A DNA stretch of 63,949 nt, counting the filler, from Platydemus manokwari (Eukaryota): the NCBI GenBank assembly GCA_037951405.1. It is 6 parts of 6 records of this genome, joined end to end, with 100 filler letters (N's around TTAATTAATTAA, not from the genome) between each part and the next. Parts side by side here need not be neighbours in the genome. Positions count along the whole stretch, not along the records: positions 42,671 to 55,113 come from JBBMOY010076678.1; positions 55,214 to 63,949 come from JBBMOY011357871.1; 4 more parts are not named here. One strand, given 5' to 3'. Position numbers and translations under genes: made by a program. Within the stretch, counting starts at the first letter, position 1; each line of letters starts with the position of its first letter. Below, piece after piece: positions 51,887 to 63,949 of the stretch. Below the pieces are notes generated by a model, which saw nothing but the letters and a program-made list of their open reading frames with translations, was not told the DNA's origin and ran no database searches.

Positions 51887-54800
51887 TTATTCAAGACCAA
51901 TATAAATTAAAATTTTCTTCAGTTAATATGAAACTAAAACGTTTTTACTAATTAGAATTATATTGGTTGATTTTTCTTTTAACACTGTTGTTTTAAACCA
52001 AATAAATTTTAAAAAATTTAAGGAAACGATTTTTTTTAATGAAAATAATTCAAGTTTTAATTAAAAAACAAATATTGAAACAATTTTTCCGTTTCTTAAC
52101 CAACTAAATCGTGAATATGTTTATTTTGATGAACAAATTGACAATTTTAAAACTAAATTAAAATTAACTTCATCTATGAAAATAAATCTCAGTTAAAATC
52201 AAATCAATTTTCAAATTAATCATTGAAAAGAATTGATTTCTTTCTCATCATAATGAAACTTGTGCAATTGTAAATCCGAATAATAATTTGAATTGAATTC
52301 ATAAATATCATGTTTAACATTAATTTCCAATTCGTTCTTTTGAAGTAAATTGCCTTTTCTACAAGTCATGACTTGGCTTTTGATTATGTGATTTTCAATC
52401 ATCGTTTAATCTTATATCCGAGAACTGTATCATGAATTTTAATTATTTTGATAAATTTTTATTAATATCCGAAAATTGATTAAACAAAAGTTCAATAAAG
52501 ATTTATTTAATTATATTTAAAATATAAATGATAAAAAATGCATAAATAATTGCTAACAATTACAATTTATAAAGATAAGAATAAAAATGTATTTATTAAT
52601 TTTTAATTTATGGGCTTTTAACTTTAATTATAGTTTATTTTTAAATTAACAATTCTGAATTATGGAACCACAAAATTTCTTAAATCTGTCGTTGGAATCC
52701 ACTTTTAGATACATGGTATGTTTATTAACATCAAAAAGGATAGAATAATGTTTGTACTTAAATAGAATAATTAATAATTTAATTGGAAAAGTTACTTTCT
52801 TTAGAACATAACTGAGAATTCTTCAAATATTAAAAGTACTGATTTGATATTTGAGTGGGATTTTGAACATTTATCGTTAATCTTACCCTTAAATAAAATT
52901 TCCTTTGCATATGCATTGATTTTTCATCGTGGTCATCGGTTATTGGCAAGTCTATAATCAAATAACTGCGTAAAAATATGAACACCGATTTCGATTTTAT
53001 AATTAATTGAGCACACCTGACCATAGGATGCTGTGACGAAATCTGGTTAAATTGATTAGTTTTATAGTTAATTCTTTTCTATATATGGATATAGAAAGTA
53101 TTTGGATTCAAATGGGGATTAATTAAGAAAACATGAAACAAATGTAATCAAAATCATATAGATGTCTAACCCGTGACAGTTAAAAGCCTGCTAGGATTCG
53201 AATGGAACTTTATGTTGAAAATTATTAGACAGTTTTTCGATTTTGAATAAGCAAATATTTACATTACTATTTATATCGATTGTAATAATATTTAATTTTA
53301 TTCTTTGGCTTAAAGCTGATCATCGAAAACAAGTGATTGATGATGAAATAAATTCTTTTTATCATTATAATAATTTAAAAGTAACAAAAACAATTTGAAT
53401 ATGAATATCATGAAATATTAATTAAGCAAGAAAACAGAAACCACGTTGCATTAATTTAAAATTTATGAATTCCTAAAGGCGTTGCTATCACGAAACAGAT
53501 CCATTGTGTTTTGAAAGTGTTAAATTATTAATGTCTGCCTTTTCAATGAATCTTATGAATAATATCTCAGATTTCTTTCATGATGTGTTCAGATATCAAT
53601 TGGGTTTTGGTAGGAATTGTATTTATAATATTTCATAAATAGAATATTGTGATTTATCTTCGAAATGTCATTGAATTGACTAGATTCAAGATGGGAATTA
53701 ATTCACAGCAACTGATAAGTCCAATCAATTCAATCAATGAGAGTCACTCAATCGATCCCAGGCGAATTGGAAACTTTGAACTATTTAATGTTTGATGTAC
53801 TCGAATAAGATAAGCGAAAAATAAAATAAATTTAATGATTGAGCAGTTGATTGTTCGATCTGTATATTTGACCGTTTCCAGGCGGAACCAGATTGTATTG
53901 CCATTGTTATATAAAATAAGTTATCATTTGCTGAATAGAAAAATTCGGTAAATCAATCGATAATAATAATCTTAATAATCTTAAAAAAATATCGGTTTTC
54001 TATTAATTGTCGGTAGAATTAATTAATTAATTAATTAATTAAGCAGTTTTTCCTTCAATATTATCCCACACATAAAATATTACCAATATTAGCAATTATA
54101 ATTATTACTACTCAAAGATATTTAATGAAAAATACCGTCGAAAGTCAAGCTAAAAACGTTCATATCAACTATGTTTCATACTAGCTACTCAGCATTAATG
54201 GTTGAAACTAGCTCAATGACATTCTATCTATCTTTAAATATTTTTAGTTATAATAATAATAATAATGATAATAATAACAATAATAATAAACTAATTATTA
54301 TGATAGTAATAATAATAATAATAATATAACAAAAGAGCATATTTTATTATTAAAGAATTTCCTTATCATCGCAAATGGCTGGATAAAATAGACAGATCTG
54401 TATATAGTTTTATCATATGATATTTTATACTTCTTTTTGTTTTCTGTACAAATAAAATGGATGAAATACACAAATGGAAATAATTCTCCATCAAATCAAC
54501 CCAAAATAAGCAGTATTACATAACGTGATCTGCATAATTATGTCATTAACTGTGCATGGTATAAGGTATAATTATTTTCGTGAAAGCTCACAATCGATCA
54601 ATAACACGAATATCTATAAATCCCGAATACAGATTATTTCTAATATTATTAGATTATTAACAAGAGTTTTTCTATCAAAATCTCTTTTATTTGTTCTAGT
54701 TGTCGATTATTACAGAGATTCTATTGGATGAATTTTTATGAAAATCAATATCTATTGAAATTATTCAGACATTGTCCTCACTTCCCCTTTTAATGAAAAT

Positions 54801-55113
54801 CTTTGATATTTTCAACATCCTATGTGCTTGTTTCAGCCTTATTTTGTATTTAAGACATTGTTTATCACGTATTTTATTTGTTATCATTGATTAATTGATA
54901 TTAGACTCTTATTTCTTCATTAAGAAGTACGTTCTATTATATTTCAAACAATCTCTTTGTTATTTCTGACCACATTTGTAATTCCTATATTTCTTATTTT
55001 GTTATCTTGTTCTCATTTCTATTAATTTTGTTAGATTTATTGATTGGGGTATTCGATTAGTGGTACGATAGTCAGTTCATGAAGATAATGATAATATGAG
55101 AAATTGTAATAAT

Positions 55114-55213
55114 NNNNNNNNNNNNNNNNNNNNNNNNNNNNNNNNNNNNNNNNNNNNTTAATTAATTAANNNNNNNNNNNNNNNNNNNNNNNNNNNNNNN
55201 NNNNNNNNNNNNN
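55114..55213. other. Artificial assembly spacer
   Basis: N44-TTAATTAATTAA-N44. Confidence 0.97.
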
Positions 55214-55356
55214 ATTAATAATAATAATATTTATAAAAAAAAATAATATTTATAATAATATTAAAAATAAATTTTGTAATATTTGTTTTTTACCATTCTA
55301 TTCAGGTAATTGATTTTCCAATAAATATCGATTATGTTATTTTTATCCTTAATCAG

Positions 55357-58300
55357 GACTTGGCCACTCCACTCTATATTGCATCACAGATGGGACATCA
55401 CAAAATTGTCAAGTGTTTATTGAATTCCGGCGCTGAAGTCGATGCAGCGAGAGAAGTAAGGAGAAGGTTGACTGATTGTTGTGCGTGATTTCTGTATGTG
55501 ATCGTTAGGATGGATCGACAAGTTTGTTTAAAGCTGCACAGAAAGGTCATCGATTAGTGATTGAAGCCTTATTGGTCGGTGGAGCATCGACGGGATTATT
55601 GGGAAATGGTGAAAGCGCTTTACATATGGCTGCTTTATTTGGTCGAACTCGAATAACTCATCTGTTATTGGTGAATGGTGCAGATCCGTTATTGAAAAAT
55701 AAAGTTGTGTTAACATGTCATTGGGAGATTTGTGTGTTGAAATTGTGTTTTGTGTCTATAGGATGGCTTGTCTTCTTGTGATCTGGCGAAAGAAGCTCAA
55801 TTTTCGGATCTTTTGACAGTTTTGGAAAGTTTCGAAGAAAAATCTCACATGAGAAAGGGAAGAAAACCATTTACTGCTCCATCATCGATTTCTCTTGAAG
55901 TATGCAATGACGATTCATCACAGAGTTCCGACACAACTTCAACAACTGATCAAACATCAGGCATAACTTCAATCATACCTCATTATTCTGCACCGACCCC
56001 TTTACTTTATAAATGGCCACCTCATAAGTTTTATCCAAGCTTTATGCCACCATCGACAGAAGAGGAACTAATTGCTGCAATCAAATCAATGGTAATATTT
56101 ATGAGAACTTTCACAAATTTTATATTTAGAATTGAGAAAAAATCCATATTTTTCTCTTTATCCTTTATTTCTTTCAGATTTATAAACATAATTTTTTCAT
56201 TATATTAATTATCGATCGCTATTATTACTAAAATAATGATTATCGATTTTATTATTATTTTTATTATTAAATTATTATTTTTACTGTTATTATTATTAAA
56301 TTATTATTATTACTGTTATTATTATTAAATAATAATGATCATTGTTTTTATTATTATTAAGTTATTATTATTATTGTTATTATTTAATTATTATTACTTT
56401 TGTTTTAATTAAATTATTATTAATGTTATTATTAAATTATTATTTTAATGGCAACTTTAATTAATATAAAAATCAAATCTGAACAGTTTATCATCCAATC
56501 GTACGATGTAATCAATAGTATTGATGCTGATCTTGGTTTGGCTTGAATTTGCTGTATAAATCGATATCAGTTTTAATTCAGTAGCAAAGCGAATAAATAT
56601 TTTCCAGACGGCAACTATCATGATTCCTTCACAGCAGGCCGACAGATGACTAAATTGTTATTCAGCATCTAAGCGATATTTATATAATTATTACAATTTC
56701 TGTTGCAGTATTAATCACAAAATCTCACTGCAATTGCTAATTGCAAAATAGTGATTTAAATATAATTATAAATATATTTTATAATCAACGTTTAAAACAA
56801 TAAATGCCGATTTTCACTGAGTCGAAAAATTACGTCCTTTTCAATTGAAGTACTAAATTTTCAAACCAAATAGAAATGAAAGGAAATTACAAATCTTAAT
56901 GCATAAATAGTTCAGAAACACATTACAGCATCATGTTTTGAATCTGCAATTCTATGTTAATAAAATCGATATGTAATTTATAATATTAGATCCACAAATA
57001 TCAATATTTCACTACTTTCAAATGGTTTTACTTAATGGCAACCGAATTTTATCACGGGGAATAAGGAGCAAGGTGTGAAATATAAATATTAATTATTTGA
57101 ATCAACTATTGTTGTATGTAATTAAAGGCGTATAAAAATGTTTAGGTGGTTCGAAGGCACATATATTTCCATTATCATGAAGCAGTAGGAAAAGTATATT
57201 ATACATTACAAAATATGCTACTTGTAAATAGTATGGGCTTCATATGATTTGGATGCATCTAGTGCATGGATTTCCAAAGTGGGCGTTGCAAGGATCCAGA
57301 AGGTCGTTGGTGAATACAAGCTCATTTGGGGGCGATAATACTACAATTTGTTAACCAAAAACAGAAACCGCTAGCAGATAGTCAATCGGGGTGATTTAAG
57401 GTTACTTCTGACGAAAATAGAGCCAAATGATACAAAATTGGTAGCAGGACACCAGGTTCATCCTTCTAATAACATAATTTCGAGTTTTTGTATAAAAATC
57501 TATTCTAAGTGCAATAAATATGTTCTTGCTTTCAAAATGCATTGTTCCTACCTAATTTATATATCTTTTTAAAATATATAATGAAAAAGATAGTAACATT
57601 AAGATTTTTTTATAAATTGCTACTAAAACCTACAAAAAAGTGGCTGTGGGTTATTTTGAGGGCGCTAAGTAATATTTATTCTGAAAAGTAGGTGGTACGC
57701 CCGAAAAGTTTGGGAATCACTGATCTAGTGTATTATATAATTTAATATATAAAACAAAAGATATAAGAAGCAATAATATCATCTATAAATCAATAATTTT
57801 GAAAATATTTTGTCAATATCTGCATTAAAGTATTACATATTATCTCTTGTTATCTGTAATAATAATTTCCGTATATATTTTTTTCAGTCCAAACCAAGCT
57901 CGGTTCTCAGAGACGATCTTGAAACGAATCCAGACGATATATCTTTATATGATTTACAAAATGAGCAAAACATTTCAGAGCAAGAACAACCAATCCATTT
58001 AGAAAAACTACTAGCAACCAGACACTCCAATCCAGAAATTCGAGAGCTTGAAGAATTGCGAAAGACACTGGGTCTCAGTGAATATTCATCTGACATTGAA
58101 CAGTGTCTCATACAAAATGGAATATTGAATGTTAATTCGTTGAAACCATCAAGAAAACCGATATATTTACCATCTTTGATTTCATATCGAAAAGTCAATT
58201 CAAATCAACCCCAAATATCCTATTATATACCCCCTAACCAACCACCACCTCCACTTCCAATTCCGCCGCAAATGTTTGCGTCCAACAATGCCGATAAATT

Positions 58301-58385
58301 CACCCTGTTAGACCAGTCAACAGTTCTCGTCGGTAAACGGAAAATGTCGCAACCGAATTTGAAAAGCTACCAATACGAGAAATAA
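55357..58385 (+). CDS. ANKRD29: Ankyrin repeat domain protein 29-like, 3' exons, with a long C-terminal extension
   Basis: Phase-0 exons 55357-55455 (99 nt, one ankyrin repeat), 55509-55703, 55762-56091, 57888-58385. TPLYIASQMGH..GAEVDAAREDGSTSLFKAAQKGH..GLLGNGESALH..GADPLLKNK parallels ANKRD29 (PLWIASQMGH..DAARNDGTTALLKAANKG..GILKNGTSALH..GADPSLRNK). Confidence 0.82.
56245..56445. repeat. Degenerate ATT-based low-complexity repeat in an intron
   Basis: Repeated ATTATTAAATTATTATT..TACTGTT units. Confidence 0.85.
57265..57722 (-). mobile_element. Complete 458-bp non-autonomous hAT (Charlie-like) element in an ANKRD29 intron
   Basis: Imperfect TIRs CATGGATTTCCAAAGT and CAGTGATTCCCAAACT; perfect 8-bp TSD ATCTAGTG at 57257-57264 and 57723-57730. 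Confidence 0.9.
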
Positions 58386-60035
58386 ACGAATCGTAATTTC
58401 ATCTTTAATTCCTGCTTTTGCTGCAATAGCCTTTCACTATCTCTCAATCGCATAATTATTCTAAAAATGTATTTTTATTATCAAACGGGCTTTTCTGTAT
58501 TCTAGCAAGTTGTTTGCTTTATTCATTGATTATAACATCTCGACAGCTTTAAATTATACAAAACTCTATCCATATGGTATATTCAATCTATTTGCTTTAT
58601 GTGCCAAATAAGTTCTGGAACACATGTGGATATTTATAGAGTTATATATACATATATATTACTATCAGTTTTTCTTTTATTATTATTAAGTTTTTAAAGT
58701 TTTAATAATAATTTTACTGGAAACAAAACTAGTTATTTTTCCAATCGCATAATATGATCAGTGCTTAATGAAAGAAATTATTTTTTAGATCTGATATGAA
58801 TATTGATAAAAATAATTTCCATGTATAGTAAGAAAATTATTTATTTTCGAATTAAAAGAAACTCATTTCAAATGCTTATTTATCTCTGAGCTAGAATCGA
58901 GTATAAATTTTTTGGTAATTAATTAATAGAAATATACACATTTTAATTAATAAGGAAAATATATTAACTGTTATGTTATCACTATTTAATTACAGATATT
59001 GAAATCATTGCTTTTTATAGAGGGTACATTTTTGGCTAAATTCAATTAAAAATAATTCAATGAATATTGTTTTTCGTTTTTATAATCTAAATAAACGAAA
59101 TTATAAACCAATAGGATCCCAAATAAATTATATTAATTGATAAAATGAGAAACGAATTTTTTGGTCGTTTATTGGAATACAAAATCATAAAACCAATCAC
59201 CGGACGAAGACTGATTTCTAGTTTTCTAAATTAATTATTAAAAAAAGATTTATAATGAAATGAAATTTGAAAAAATTTTAAATGAGATTTTTATAAAAAT
59301 AGTAATTTATCTGAATAATTGAAATTAAAATATAATTTGATGTTGTGACTTTCCAGTTGTTATAAAATAATTGCGCTTATTTCCTATCCCCAAATACTGA
59401 CATCATATCTTTGTTGGCCTTTGTTCTGTACTTACTTTTTTTACCAATACTTTACCACTTATCTTAAATTTGTGTTTTCTCTTTTTTATTTATCCGCAAT
59501 TCTTCTTTTATTTCTTTCCCTATCCACTTGTTATTGGCATGCTATTGTTGAGAAACCATAGACGGGTAGTGCTCGACTCAGATAGTGAGGAGACCAAAGA
59601 CGAAAAGATTTCCATCACCATTAGCTCATATGCTGCATGGAAGAATAAAGTGGTCGAGATAAAACCCTTCCAATCAACATCCCAAACAACAAAAATAAAA
59701 CCCCAAACATCTCAAATGTTAGGTCGACAGGGCTAAAAAGATGCGGAGTTCAAGAAACCGACGACAGTGGCCCAGCCTTAAAAAGCACTGGGATGAAAAG
59801 AAAAAAAAATATGGGAAAATAAAGCTGCGGCGAAAATTACAATTTTGATACTCCGAGCCATGATACTGCAAGATGAAAATGTACGAATTCATCATTATGA
59901 TTCTAATCCCAATATATAATAATTCAATATATGACAATGACAAACATTTGTGAATATTGATTATCTTGACTCTTCTGATACATTGTGATCATTTTATCTT
60001 TTCGATGTGTAAAATTTGGCCATTAATTTCATTAA

Positions 60036-60430
60036 TTAAATATTCCATAAAATTGTGATCTGCCTATTTTCTTCTAAAAATAATTTTTGCCGGACTAACA
60101 ACAATTGTTTTTGGACCGTAGCATTCAATATGTATTTAATCTCTGGTAATATTGAAACCAAGTTTGTATATTGCATATCTTTTACTGTAGCATTTACATT
60201 GTCTCTTATCGTTCTAAATTGTCGTTCAATTAACCTGTTCGCCATGTGACAGGAGCTGGAAAATATGTCATCTATCTCCATTCTAAAAATTATTTCTTTG
60301 ATTTTTTGTGATTCAAAGCATTTACCACAATCTTCATGTATTTTTCCGGTATATTCTATTTTAGAACTCATTGTAAATTTTTTTTTGACACAGCTTTTTT
60401 GTGAATAAACCAAAAGTGCTTTTGTAATAG
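60036..60430 (-). mobile_element. Ty3/Gypsy integrase core remnant
   Basis: IHEDCGKCFES...ANRLIERQFRTIRD...LPEIKYILNATVQK, the DDE core region. Confidence 0.8.
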
Positions 60431-60922
60431 AAAATTCATATTTTTTCCTATTTTAAGATTGTAATGATATGGGTATCAGAGAAAAAATTGACAAGATAGG
60501 CATATACAAATAAACAAATTAATCCAGACGGTATAAATGAATAAGATACTAGAATAAATTAATAATAACATTTTCATTCATGTCGCATAAAATTAAAAAT
60601 AACAGAAAATCAGACTGAATCAATAGCGCCGTATTTTTGTGGGTTGAGATTTGCTTTCAAATAATGAGTATAAAATTTTTAATGCTTTTGTTAAAACTGA
60701 TAACATATTTATCTGAGTTTTAAAACGATTATTTGTTTAAAATATTTTCTAAAAAAATTAAAATCTACTAATAATTTTAATATACGAATTAAATTTTAAT
60801 ACTATTCAAAAATTATAATAAGCAAATAATTCTGTAAATGTTCCTGCCATATTATGTAACCAAATACAATAAAAACTTATCTGTACTGTTCAGTAGTTAA
60901 GTTAAATACAGTTGATTTAAAT

Positions 60923-61027
60923 CAGGGGTGACTAACCGGTCGATCTTGAAGCCAATTTTAGTCGATCGCGTGAGATGTTATTCAAATGAAAAGTCGATCT
61001 TACGTACGCAAAAGTTGGCCACCTCTG
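60923..61027 (+). mobile_element. 105-bp hAT MITE
   Basis: TIRs CAGGGGTGACTAAC and CAGAGGTGGCCAAC; 8-bp TSD ATTTAAAT at 60915-60922 and 61028-61035; three internal GTCGATC motifs. Confidence 0.88.
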
Positions 61028-61959
61028 ATTTAAATGATTGGGCTTCGAATTATTAAATAATGTACTCAAGCTCCTGTTCAATGCACTCAATTGAAAATAT
61101 TATTAATACTGGTAGTTTTTTGTTTATTTATTGTGCTCTTTATCAAAGGGTTTCTGTAATAGTGTGGCCACTGTTATTTATGTGATTATTTGGATAAATT
61201 GAAACTCTAGCAGCTTCGTTGAAAATCTTTATGTGAACAATTTATGTACTTAGCTTATTATTCGTCAATATATTCTTGACCAGCTTACTATCTATATGAT
61301 GAATTATAATGATTTTGCCAACGGAATCTATTATTTGTCTTCAATAAATTATGTAAATCAAAATAGTTATGAACAGTGACGAGAATTTCTTTATGTCTAT
61401 AATTAAGAGGGCAATGGCAATTGAACAATATTGGCAACTGGTTTCTGTTGGCCACCGTATTAAGTGATACAGAACATCTATTTTGTTCATAGCTGGAGAA
61501 AGATACGTTTGTATTAGTTATATACAAATACTTACATTCGTTATATTTGATAGGAAAATTTTTGTGTAAATGTATGTGTGAATTTGACTACATGTCTTGT
61601 CTTTATTTGTTTCACATTTCTTTTGTTATCGTGTGAGCATTTGATCGACGTAATTCACTGAGACCTATGGTGTATAGGTTCTGATGATTATTATATTGTA
61701 ATCTCTCTAAATCTTTATCATAATATCATAACACAATGTCTTTCTTATAAAGTATGATCCATTCGCATTTAAAGCTTTTCTTTTTATAATACTATATATA
61801 TATTGTTGAGATCTGAATAAGCAAGTTATTGCTAACTCCAAAAATCAAAGGTAGCAAACATTATTTCTAATTATAAAAAATATCACAAATTTGCCAATAA
61901 AATTTCACATTCTAAATGCATGCGTATTACTCATTACGAAAAACAAATTTAATACAATA

Positions 61960-62340
61960 TCTCAACAAGTAACCAAAACTTGGCTTCCAACTGGCAGTTG
62001 GTCATCTTTATATAGGTATTCATACTCGAGATCTATGTGTAATTTTTTGTGTCATTCATGTATCACATTTTAATTTGATCTTTACTTTTCTATGTACTTA
62101 TTGGGCTTGTTGAATTTTGTATGTTTGGGATTGGTCAATCCATGTGTGTCTGTGTTGTTGTGTGGATATGCCCCTTTTTCCAAATGTCGTTTTCCATCAT
62201 ACTCAACTATGATTGGTTGATTGCCATGCCTGTATGGTTGTGTAGGCATACAAATGTCTAAAGCATTAAAACATTGGTTTCAAGGTGCAAATCAGTTTTT
62301 CTTTTGCAAGATTTTGTCTTACTCAACAATATCACCAAAC
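61960..62340 (-). mobile_element. Gypsy integrase 3' remnant, dispersed family copy 3
   Basis: Minus strand AYTTIQA...HKKLHIDLEYEYLYKDDQLPVGSQVLV; similar to 8590-8960. Confidence 0.55.
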
Positions 62341-63634
62341 ATAAACGCTATCTTCTTTAAATATAAAAGTCCATCTTTTCTTTATATAATTTATATATAC
62401 TCTATTTTCAATTTTTTTCAGTTTACATTTATTTTATATCAGTTAGTGAACATTTTCATTGCTCTTTGTTTCAATTGGATTTATTAATCTTCAGTCTCTG
62501 TGCTCTACATAATTTCAAGTCTTTTGGATTGAGATTTTTCATGATTATTGAAATTTCTGGGCAAATGTTCAACAATATCAACGGTTTTATCAGATAGCCT
62601 CTCTGAAAAATATTGGCGTCATTTAAATAAAATAAATAGAATCGAAATCAAATTCAACAATTTTGGCTACAATTATCAATTGAAAAATAACAGTTGAAAT
62701 GTACGTATAAACGAAATAAATATCAATTATAACTCCCATAATCCAATATTCAACAATCCAATTCGATATTTGATTTGACATTTTCATTGGAATCTCACTC
62801 GAAACAAACCACTACAATATTATTGGCATTTCAGTCACAAAGCAAACTATTGGTTGTTGCCGTAGAAATGTTTATAAATTCAATATTATCAGTTTAGAAA
62901 TGATAAAAATCAATGATCATCACAAAGTCACATCTAAACAATTGTGGAAAATGTTCATAAAATATAAAATTAACAATCCAAATTATATTTATAAGTAATG
63001 GAAAAAAAATCGTGAAAAAAATACACAAAATGTTTAGCAGTAATAAATTGATTTTTCATTTGATGATCAGATTTAAAATTTCAGCTTCATTTTGTACATT
63101 TTATAATTTGTTTCGAGTGACATGAAGTTAGCCATTTTGGAAACTATTTTGTGAGATAAAAGACAAAAACTAATCTGTAAATCAAGAGATGAATTGATTT
63201 TGAAATTTAACTATAAAACTAGATCCAAAATTAAACAAAAATATGGCAATTTGATTTTTGAATGATTGTGTATGTCTATTACTGATAATTGTTATGATAA
63301 GTAACCATTTTGTTTATATAACATAATTTGATAAAATATTATTGTGAAACTCTAGTTAAGCTAAACAAGGACACCCATTACTACCAAAATTAAAGGAAAA
63401 AACGATCAAATTAAGAATTATACTAACTATGGTAATTGTTTTGATAATGATAAATAAAGATTAATGTTTTCATTTAAATTTTCACAGCAATAATAAAATA
63501 TGCAACATAATAATATGAAAATAAAATATCAATTTTATAATATCGATCTATTTTTCATTGTTTAAACAAAGCAAAAATAAATGAATTTCATACAATTGAG
63601 CACAATTTAAATGTGTTATTAGGTCGTGAATTTA

Positions 63635-63845
63635 GCTTAAGTTAAGAAAAAGGGTCTTTTGACTTACTTTCGTTATAATAAATTTTCGCACATGAGATAA
63701 TTTCATAACTTAATTTTATATAATTGTGATATTTGATTTATTCGCATAATTCAGTTAATATCTCACTTTTTAGAATACGCAATAAGGATAAATCATAGTT
63801 TGAAAACCAATGGCTTAAGTTAAGTAAAAGGCTCCTTTGACCCAA
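63635..63845 (-). repeat. Inverted copies of the 51.2-51.9 kb repeat family
   Basis: GCTTAAGTTAAGAAAAAGG..TTTGAC.TACTTTCGTTATAAT is the reverse complement of the 51.8-kb unit end, and restarts near 63812. Confidence 0.8.
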
Positions 63846-63949
63846 TTTAATGTAATGTATTTTCGTGAATAATTTAATATAAAAATTTATTTTCAATCAT
63901 AATTTAATGAAATTCAATTTTAAATGAAAAATGAAAAACTATAACAATC

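Noticed and set aside
54018-54042. (TTAA)n run resembling the assembly linker
   Set aside because: No flanking Ns; an ordinary microsatellite.
1-63949. CRISPR arrays, operons, rRNA or tRNA genes
   Set aside because: No repeat-spacer arrays or recognisable structural RNA genes; the sequence is spliceosomal-intron-containing animal DNA.

Overview
AT-rich eukaryotic DNA with many very short (about 43-55 nt) GT-AG introns and animal-type genes. It is most consistent with a planarian flatworm (Schmidtea/Dugesia-like), which is an inference. Five artificial 100-nt N44-TTAATTAATTAA-N44 spacers split the window into six contigs, so adjacency across them is not reliable. Hand-spliced genes: the 3' end of BORCS6/lyspersin (+); part of a PATJ/MPDZ multi-PDZ gene (-); an intact secreted PAN/apple-domain gene (-) and its convergent pseudogene copy (+); internal exons of lethal giant larvae (+); an intronless atypical PIM/PASK-like kinase (-); an orphan 5-exon gene with three acidic-FIIxI motifs (-); and the 3' part of an ANKRD29-like gene with a long extra tail (+). 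The rest is largely transposon debris: Ty3/Gypsy remnants, mariner ends, hAT MITEs with intact TSDs, a Polinton/Maverick fragment and a possible piggyBac relic. Best leads: the secreted PAN + TCAF-N-terminal-like domain protein, a Ser-to-Glu change at the first aPKC site of Lgl, and the triple-SIM-like orphan. All homology calls come from recalled family motifs; no database search was run.
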